From an uncultured delta proteobacterium (GTDB lineage: Bacteria > Desulfobacterota > Desulfobacteria > Desulfobacterales > Desulfatirhabdiaceae), in contig CAWBKP010000011.1 in assembly GCA_963789395.1 (NCBI GenBank), positions 32,001 to 96,000 of the forward strand: DNA of 64,000 nt. The letters are read 5' to 3'. How positions within the stretch are numbered: the first letter of the stretch is position 1; each line of letters starts with the position of its first letter. A program made the position numbers and the translations under genes. The notes under the pieces were generated by a model, which was not told where the DNA came from, ran no database searches, and worked only from the letters and a program-made list of their open reading frames with translations. Below, piece after piece: positions 22,420 through 29,344 of the stretch.

Positions 22420-23429
22420 ACGCACAAAAACAGAACAGCTGCAGCCGTTGTCCCCGCCACCCGACCAGACTGCACCTGGCGGCGTCGGCCATGATGCTGG
22501 TGCTCGGCATTTTGTTACTAAACCCGTTTCAGGCTGCCGCCGGTCAGGCAATGGAAATCCGCCTGGCTTATGGCAAAAAAATTCAGTACGCTCCCCAGAT
22601 CATTGCCACCGAACAGAATTATTTCAAGGCTGAGGGGCTGCTTGTCCACCCTCAGATTCTGTCGACCGGGCCTCAGGCTGCCGAAGCCCTGATCACCGGC
22701 GCTGCGGATGCCGCAGCCATGGGGGATGCGCCCGCTGTATTTGCCGCAGCCTCGGGCCGGTCCTTGAAAATTGTGGCCGCCTACGGCGCCAGCGAGCATA
22801 TGCATAGAATCGTTGCTGCCGCCGACTCCGGCATTCACACGGCTCCGGATCTGAAAGGCAAACGGGTGGCTATCCAGTTCGGTACCAGCACCTATGGTGC
22901 GTTCCTGCTCTTTTGCCGGAAACACGGTATTGAAAAAACTGAACTGATCCTGATCAATCTAACACCGACCGATATGCCGGCAGCCATGCAGAGCGGCCAG
23001 ATCGATGCCGCGGTAGGAAGCGAGCCCTGGCCGAGCAATATCGAGGAAACGGTTGCCGGCAGCTATCCGGTGACATCGCTGGCCGGGCTGGGTAACGAAT
23101 TCCCCCATGTGATGGTCATTACCGAAAAGCTGATCACGCAAAATCCCGAAGCTGTCGCAGCCTTGCTGCGCGCCATGAATCGGGCCATCGAAATGATCAA
23201 CCGCCAGCCGCACCAGGCAGCCGAGATCATTGCCAGGGTCACCGGCGTTCCGGTACAGCGTGAATTCAAAAGCCTGCAAACGATCCACTGGCAGCTGCGC
23301 ATGGACTCAAACATCCGCAACAGCCTGCTTCAAACAGCGGATTTGCTCAAACAGCAAAACAAGCTGCCGATTTCCGCAGACATCAACAGCACCATTGACG
23401 AAGCCCCCTTGAAAGCCATCCAACCATAG
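22416..23429 (+). CDS. ABC transporter substrate-binding protein (SsuA/NMT1-THI5-like)
   Basis: Signal-like hydrophobic segment, DLKGKRVA, GTST and GQIDAAVGSEPW. Confidence 0.88.
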   Translation: MNAQKQNSCSRCPRHPTRLHLAASAMMLVLGILLLNPFQAAAGQAMEIRLAYGKKIQYAPQIIATEQNYFKAEGLLVHPQILSTGPQAAEALITGAADAAAMGDAPAVFAAASGRSLKIVAAYGASEHMHRIVAAADSGIHTAPDLKGKRVAIQFGTSTYGAFLLFCRKHGIEKTELILINLTPTDMPAAMQSGQIDAAVGSEPWPSNIEETVAGSYPVTSLAGLGNEFPHVMVITEKLITQNPEAVAALLRAMNRAIEMINRQPHQAAEIIARVTGVPVQREFKSLQTIHWQLRMDSNIRNSLLQTADLLKQQNKLPISADINSTIDEAPLKAIQP

Positions 23430-23589
23430 GGTACGTACATAAATATATAATTTATTGTGGCCGCACACTATTATTCAATACCCACATCAGCACATAGAGG
23501 CGTCGACAAAGCATCAGAATTATGCCTTCCTTCGATAATTTCTGGCAGTAGAACACCCACTATTTTATCTTTTGAAGATTTCATTTTAC

Positions 23590-23634
23590 TTGACAAGGTA
23601 ATTCATTAGTATATAAACATATATTTATATGTTT
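23590..23634 (+). promoter_or_regulatory. Sigma70-like promoter overlapped by an ArsR/SmtB-type operator
   Basis: TTGACA (23590) and TATAAA (23612), with palindrome AAACATATA-TT-TATATGTTT (23615-23634) just before the ArsR gene. Confidence 0.65.
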
Positions 23635-23640
23635 TAATGA

Positions 23641-24054
23641 ATGGAGGATAATGTGGAGACATTCAACAGATCGGAGAGCTCAAAACAATGCGCCAGTAAA
23701 ATGGCAGCAGAGACAGCGTTGTTTGAGATCCACCCGGACACGCCCTCCCTGCTCGATGAACATTTTCAGACCGTTTCTTTTCTGGCCAAAAGCCTCTCGG
23801 ATGAAAACCGCCTGCGGATTCTGCTTTGTATCAGCAGCGGGAAAAAATCCGTGGGCGGTATCGTTGAAGAACTCGGACTGTCCCAGCCTCTTGTCTCGCA
23901 CCACCTCAAGGAGCTCAAGCGCTCTTTGCTGGTCAGGATCGAACGCAGCGGCCCTTTTATCTATTATGAACTCTCGGATGCCAGAATCCTGGACGTTGTC
24001 CGGACGCTGACCACGGTGGCAGCGGATCTTCTCGCAGACAGAAAGACTTTTTAG
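23641..24054 (+). CDS. tsoR: ArsR/SmtB family regulator (TsoR-like)
   Basis: KSLSDENRLRIL and LSQPLVSHHLKELK; heads the selenoprotein operon. The symbol is inferred from context. Confidence 0.8.
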   Translation: MEDNVETFNRSESSKQCASKMAAETALFEIHPDTPSLLDEHFQTVSFLAKSLSDENRLRILLCISSGKKSVGGIVEELGLSQPLVSHHLKELKRSLLVRIERSGPFIYYELSDARILDVVRTLTTVAADLLADRKTF

Positions 24055-24078
24055 CACAACGGAGGGAATGACTTACCC

Positions 24079-24529
24079 ATGGAAGCAATTCAAAATATTT
24101 TTGACAGGATGGACCCGCAGAAAGCCCTCACGGAGATATCCAAAGTGTTGAAAGTGCTTTTCTCAACTTTGGGTGAAGAGGCGCGTTCAGAATTCTTGTG
24201 GGAACTGATGGGAGAGTCCGGAGGAGACAAGGTCTCAAGTCTGGTCCATCTCTGACTGGCCGAATGCATGGGCGAAGGTGTCGACCCGACGCAAATGTGC
24301 CAGAGGCTGGTGGATAAGGTTGCTCAGTCAAAGCAGCTGATGGCGATGACCGACCCGGATCTTCTGGTGTTGTTCGAGGACTGGTTTGAAGAGCTGGAAG
24401 AGGAGATCCTATCACGTAACAAAGAGCATGGTCCTCTCAATCCAGAAGAACTTGCCTAAAATGACGGGGCTTTCCCTGAGGGGGGCAACATTTCTCCTTT
24501 CAAAGCTCCATCGTGAGGGAAAAGTATAG
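24079..24529 (+). CDS. tsoA: LULAxC-motif selenoprotein (TsoA-like); TGA at 24253-24255; indel near 24457
   Basis: MEAIQNIFD...SSLVHL-TGA-LAECMGEG is in frame with ORF 24268..24459; removing one base extends it to ...LSKLHREGKV-TAG. Confidence 0.82.
24256..24303 (+). promoter_or_regulatory. Candidate SECIS (TsoA-like gene)
   Basis: CTGGC..TGC..GGGCGA-AGGTG-TCG(A)CCC..GCA..GCCAG; loop 20 nt after the TGA. Confidence 0.72.
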
Positions 24530-24568
24530 AACTTGAACAGTTTTTTATTCGACAGAAAGGGTTCTTTC

Positions 24569-26322
24569 ATGCAGAACAAGAAAACGACATTCATAGCTTT
24601 TGTGGCGGTATTGCTCACGGTGGGAGCCCTCTGGTTCACCAATCGCGCCGTTACTCCCAAGCAGGCCACATGGGACGATGTTTTGGCCGAAGGGAAAAAC
24701 GGGGGGCTACGGAATCATTACCACCGAAGCGCTTTCCGAACTTTATCAAAAAGACGCCGGCAGCCTTCTTCTGGTGGACACCCGTCAGGAGTGGGAGTAC
24801 CGGACAGGGCATCTCAAGGGTGCGGTGAACTTTCCCATGGAGCCCACCGCTTGGTCGAGATGGCGCAAGGCTTCGGCGCTTGAAACCTTCCTGGGGCCGG
24901 ACAAGAATCGCACCATCATCTTCTACTGAGCGGGCCTTACTTGAGTCCGCAGCGACTCGGCGGCCCGTGTGGCCGTAAAACTTGGCTATAAAAACGTTTA
25001 TCGTGACCCTTACGGCTATCCTGAATGGCAGGCAAGGGGATTGCCCGTTGACGAGCGCCCCGGCTGGTCTGGCGCAATCAGGTGAAGCCCCCAAAGCACC
25101 GGGGCCTCTCTACGGCTGGGCCATGATCTGGACGCTTCTTGGCATTTTTGTCGGCGGCATGGCTTTAAACCTGACCCCGTGCATCTACCCCCTGATCCCC
25201 ATTACCGTCTCCTACTTTGGCGGCCAGGCCGCAAAGGAAGGCGAAGGCCAGGGAAAGCTCGTGGCACACGGTTTGTGCTACATGATGGGTCTTGCGGTTA
25301 CCAACTCCGTGCTCGGGGTGGTTGCCTCCCTGACAGGCGGCCTCATGGGCGCGATGCTCCAAAATCCCATTGTTCTTATTGTTGTGGCGGCGGTTCTCAT
25401 CGTTTTTGCAACAAGTCTCTTCGGGCTGTGGGAGATGCGTCTTCCAAGCGGGCTGACGCAGGCTGCCGCAAAATCCTATACGGGATACTTCGGAAGCCTG
25501 TTTATGGGCCTGACCCTCGGGGTGGTCGCAGCCCCCTGCATCGGTCCTTTCGTGCTGGGGCTTCTCACCTGGGTGGCGAGCATGGGAAGCCCCTGGCTCG
25601 GATTCCTGATCTTTTTTACCTTGAGCCTTGGCCTGGGACTGCCCCTCTTTTTCCTTGCCATGTTCTCGGGGCAACTGAAAAAACTTCCCCGCTCGGGCGG
25701 CTGGATGATCTGGGTGAGAAAGCTCATGGGCTGGGTGCTGGTGGCAATGGCCGTGCATTTCATCAGGCCTGTTCTTCCCGGTCACTGGGGAACCATTCTG
25801 ATTGCCCTTGTCGCTCTGGCCGCGGGGCTGCACCTGGGGTGGATCGACAAAAGTCAGGCCAACTTCCGGGCTTTCCCCTGGCTTAAGGGCGGAGCCGGCA
25901 TCACGTGTCTGGTTCTGGCCACATTCCTCATCGCGTCATGGGCCATGCGGGGACCGGGCGTTACCTGGAAGCCCTATTCGGAGGAAACGCTGAAAGAGGC
26001 CCAAAACTTGAAAAAGCCCGTCATCATCGATTTCTATGCCACATGGTGCACGCCGTGCCGGGAGATCGAGGAAGTCACCCTTCACGATCCTTTGGTCGTA
26101 AAGCAGGCGGAAAGCGACTTTGTCATGATCAAAGTGGATGTGACCAAGGGCGGCAACCCTTTGCATGAGCGGTTGCTGGAACAATACGAGGTCAAAGGGG
26201 TTCCGACCATCGTGTTCCTGGATACCAGCGGCAAGGAAAGGCGGGATCTGCGCCTGGTGGATTACCTACCGTCCGATCAATTCCTTGGCCATATGGCGGA
26301 GCTTAAGAAAAGCGGCAGCTAA
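24569..26322 (+). CDS. tsoB: Rhodanese-DsbD/CcdA-thioredoxin fusion with two selenocysteines (TsoB-like); TGAs at 24927 and 24942; indels near 24703 and 25052
   Basis: VDTRQEWEYRTGHLKGAVNFP...IIFY-U-AGLT-U-VRSDSAARVAVKLGYKNVYRDPYGYPEWQARGLPV, followed by LNLTPCIYP, AAPCIGP and DFYATWCTPC. Confidence 0.85.
24943..24976 (+). promoter_or_regulatory. Tandem candidate SECIS hairpins for the two rhodanese UGA codons
   Basis: GAGTC-CGCAGC-GACTC (24943-24958; loop 18 nt after the first TGA) and GCGGCC-CGTGT-GGCCGT (24960-24976; loop 21 nt after the second TGA). Confidence 0.6.
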
Positions 26323-26338
26323 AGAAAGGAGAGAAAAA

Positions 26339-26653
26339 ATGCTGAAGGTAAGATTTTTCTTGAATGAGCCCAATGGGAAGCCGTGAAAGGGTTTTCTCGA
26401 AATGATGCCCAGGTTGGGCGAAAAATACAAGGATATCGAGATCGAAGTCATGTCCAAACCCGTTGCGGAATACCAGACCGATGAATACTTTGAACTGGAG
26501 CTGCCGGTTGCGCCGGCCGTCATGGTCGGTGATGAGATCGTGGTCGAAGGCGCCAGTGTTTCACAGGACAAAGTGGAAAAGGTCATCTGCCGATGTCTGG
26601 GGATATCCGAGCCGGAACAGAAGGGAATTCTGGGTCGTCTTTTTGGAAAATAG
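26339..26653 (+). CDS. tsoC: NEPxGxxU-motif thioredoxin-fold selenoprotein (TsoC-like); TGA at 26384-26386
   Basis: AAGGAG then MLKVRFFLNEPNGKP-TGA-KGFLEMMPRLG, in frame with ORF 26402..26653 (PVAPAVMVGDEIV). Confidence 0.87.
26407..26419 (+). promoter_or_regulatory. Candidate SECIS (TsoC-like gene)
   Basis: GCCCA-GGT-TGGGC; loop about 25 nt after the TGA. Confidence 0.62.
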
Positions 26654-26712
26654 ATCTGGAATCGAACAGGAGCCGCTTAGATCCTGGGCAAAAATATATT
26701 TGGAGAGACGTG

Positions 26713-26995
26713 ATGCCATTTACAGAAGATATTTTAAAAGCACCTTTAAGTGAGACTGGTCTGCTACTGTTCGAATGTGACCAAGGGCCGGATCATGGCT
26801 GCGATTCATGAAGGCGCGCGCAGTCTGGAGGATATCAAAAGCGCCACAGGCGCCTGTACGGCCGGAAAATGCAAGGAACTGAGCCCCAGAAAGCGCTGAT
26901 GCGCACGGGAAATAAACATTCTCCTGGGCAGGAGAAACGCTGACCGTGCAGATGAACAACTCACCGAAGAGGGAGAAAAATGGAAACGCAAATAA
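26713..26995 (+). CDS. BFD-like [2Fe-2S]-binding protein, putative selenoprotein (U-C); TGA at 26897-26899; indel near 26758
   Basis: MPFTEDILKAPLSET/VCYCSNVTKGRIMAAIHEGARSLEDIKSATGACTAGKCKELSPRKR-U-CAREINILL; the TGA replaces the first Cys of the terminal CC. The 3' end is uncertain. Confidence 0.78.
26919..26936 (+). promoter_or_regulatory. Candidate SECIS (BFD-like gene)
   Basis: TTCTCCT-GGGC-AGGAGAA; loop 26 nt after the TGA. Confidence 0.7.
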
Positions 26996-27792
26996 CGCAA
27001 AAAGATCTCGAGCAAATCGCCGCCGGCATCCGTGATAAGTATTCCAGGGTTGCAGACAGTCCGCAAGGCCAGTTTAAATATCCCACCGGCCGCGCCGGGC
27101 TTGAAACGCTTAAATATGATGCCGCTTTAATCAATAGTCTGCCGGACGATGTCGCTGCTTCATACTGCGGCGTGGGCAACCCCTTTTCTCTCGGTGCGAT
27201 CCGTAAAGGCGATGCGGTTCTGGATATCGGCTGCGGCGCAGGGGTGGATACGATTATTGCCGCAATGATGACAGGCGCTGAAGGAAAGGCAGTCGGTGTG
27301 GATATCGTACCGGAGATGCTTCAGCGGGCAGAGGCCAACCTGAGGCTGACTGATCTGAAACATGTCACCTTTCAATCCGCCTCCGGAGAACATCTGCCCT
27401 TTCCCGATGCGCATTTCGACGCCGTGATTTCCAATGGGGTCATCAACCTGATTCCGGATAAAGATGCGGCCATGCGTGAAATTCTTCGGGTGCTGAAGGC
27501 AGGCGGAAGACTGATGATCGCCGATCAGGTGATGGCGGGCGGCACGCCAAAAAGCCTCAAGGACCGCCTCTCCAGCTGGTTTCAGTGAGAGGGCGGCGCC
27601 ATACCGGGAAAGGATTTCCTGGCCCTGATTGAAAAAATCGGATTTACGGATGCGGAGTTGGTTTCTGAAACCGGCCTGAACAGTACCCCCAAAACCAGGG
27701 GTGTCCTGATTCGTGCGAGAAAACCCGAAAAAACAGACCAAACGAAAAGACCCGTTTTAATGGACGCCGATAGCATGGGGGATCGGATCGCT
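26980..27792 (+). CDS. ArsM-like SAM-dependent methyltransferase, putative selenoprotein (WFQ-U-EGGA; TGA at 27586-27588); reads on in frame into the DUF2284 domain
   Basis: YCGVGNP, VLDIGCGAGVD and VISNGVINL. After the TGA the frame continues EGGAIPGKDFLALIEKIGF, matching the ArsM WxxCxxGA...GF C-terminus. There is no stop before 27793. Confidence 0.82.
27604..27622 (+). promoter_or_regulatory. Candidate SECIS (methyltransferase)
   Basis: CCGGGAAA-GGA-TTTCCTGG with lower AGGGC/GCCCT pairing; loop 23 nt after the TGA. Confidence 0.75.
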
Positions 27793-28359
27793 ATGAAACC
27801 CAAAAAAAGTCCGCCCTCGATAGCTGCGGTACTGGAAAAAGCCTTTGCGCTTGGCGTCGAAAAAGCCAAAGTTATCGACACCAGCACGGTAACTGTTGAG
27901 AAATGGGTGCGATGGAAATGTCTTTACGGGTGCCCCTTTTACAATAAAGACGCTTATCATCCTCCCATTGCCCCGGATATCAACGAAACCAGGCTTGTTC
28001 TCGGCGAATATTCCAAAGCGATACTCCTGAACAGTTCCAAGGGAAAGGCGCTCTCGGATATCGCAATTCAGCTGGAGCAGGAAGCCTATCACATGGGATT
28101 TTACAAAGCATTTGCCCTTACAGCCCTGCCATCGGGTCCGGATGAAGGCGCCGATACGGGCGCAACCTGACCTTCCGGAGAAAACGAGGGCCCGTGCGGC
28201 CTTCCAAAAAACAAAACGAATAAGCAGCAAATCAGGCCCATGATGGAAGCCTGTGGTATTGACGTTTTCCGAACTGCCAGAAATAACGGTTTCGAGATAG
28301 ATACTGAAAAAGAAACCTATGGCCATTGGAATTATTTTGCGTTGGTGTTAATCGAGTAG
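27793..28359 (+). CDS. DUF2284 metal-binding domain, putative selenoprotein (TGA at 28168-28170); separate gene or C-terminal domain of the methyltransferase
   Basis: WVRWKCLYGC...LEQEAYHMGFYKAF...GAT-TGA-PSGENEGPCG...IRPMMEACGIDVFRTARNNG...YFALVLIE-TAG. The conserved family C-terminus lies after the TGA. Confidence 0.8.
28186..28204 (+). promoter_or_regulatory. Candidate SECIS (DUF2284)
   Basis: GAGGGCC-CGTGC-GGCCTTC; loop 22 nt after the TGA. Confidence 0.7.
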
Positions 28360-28455
28360 CCGGGCTGGCAATGCAACACGGTTTGGCAATTGTAACTTTA
28401 TTAAGATTTTGTTTGAGGTTTAACAGCGTGTTACAACCCATATCAAGGAGGAACA

Positions 28456-28972
28456 ATGGCGGTAATCGAAAAATTTCTGGGACAACGGGTAACCCTGCCC
28501 GATAACCTGCGCTATTATATAAAACAGGGGCTTTGGGCAAGACTGGACGACAGCACCATTACCTTTGGCTTTTCCGAACCGGCCCTGACACTTTCCGGCG
28601 GAATCCAGGACCTTAACTTTCTGGCGGAAGACGGCGAAACAGTTGAACAGGGCCAGTCCGTACTTTTTGCAATCACCGGCAAGATCCTGTATATCGACTC
28701 TCCGGTTCAGGGCATCATCCGCTTCAACGCCTCAGCCAAAGCCGATCCACCGGCTATCAACCAGGATCCCTACGCCAAGGGCTGGCTCTTTGCCGTGACC
28801 CCTGAAGGCGCTGCTGACACGTGCCTACCAGGAACTTTCGGACTGCGCAGCTTATCTGGAAAGCCTTCAGAGCAGCGAAGGGTTCAAAAACCCGGAAGGG
28901 CTGAAAGGCGGAGTCAGCGGCGTATGCAAGGCGGTATATTCTGGGATCCGGATGCAGAAGATTCAGCAATAA
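28456..28972 (+). CDS. Glycine cleavage H-protein-like (lipoyl-carrier fold) protein; frameshift near 28822
   Basis: LRYY..GLWA, ITGKI, SPVQG and INQDPYAKGWL; the corrected frame ends ...GGVSGVCKAVYSGIRMQKIQQ-TAA. Confidence 0.75.
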
Positions 28973-28983
28973 GGAGATTTGTA

Positions 28984-29280
28984 ATGGGCGAGGTCTTTGT
29001 TGAAATTGTGGCCAAGCAGAAAGGGTGCATCCTTTGCGATCTGGCCATCGGCATACTTGAAGAAATTGCACCGGAGTTTGCAACTGGAATGCTGCGCTGG
29101 TCCGTGGTGGATGTAGGCAGCAGAAGCGGCCTCAGCCGCATGGAAGAACTTTCCCGCTGCTGCGGAAACAAACCGGCGATTCCCTCCATCGTCATCAACG
29201 AAAAAATTGCCTTCGATCATATCCCGGACATGGATGCCCTCACCCAGGCAATCCGGGAGAGAATCGCCCAAACAGCGTAA
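28984..29280 (+). CDS. Small thioredoxin-fold protein (CILC)
   Basis: AAGGAG then MGEVFVEIVAKQKGCILCD...PAIPSIVINEKIAFDHIP. Confidence 0.78.
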   Translation: MGEVFVEIVAKQKGCILCDLAIGILEEIAPEFATGMLRWSVVDVGSRSGLSRMEELSRCCGNKPAIPSIVINEKIAFDHIPDMDALTQAIRERIAQTA

Positions 29281-29344
29281 CGGGCCTGAATAACGTTACC
29301 AAATGTCCTTGACAGCATTCCGGACAGATGCTAACCAAATAGAA

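Noticed and set aside
26980..27792. Assigning the symbol arsM
   Set aside because: The catalytic SNCV motif reads SNGV, and no arsB/acr3/arsC genes are nearby, so the function is uncertain.
28456..29280. 274-aa GcvH-thioredoxin fusion
   Set aside because: An indel near 28822 explains it. The alternative frame gives a protein-like C-terminus with TAA at 28970, followed by AAGGAG and a new ATG at 28984.
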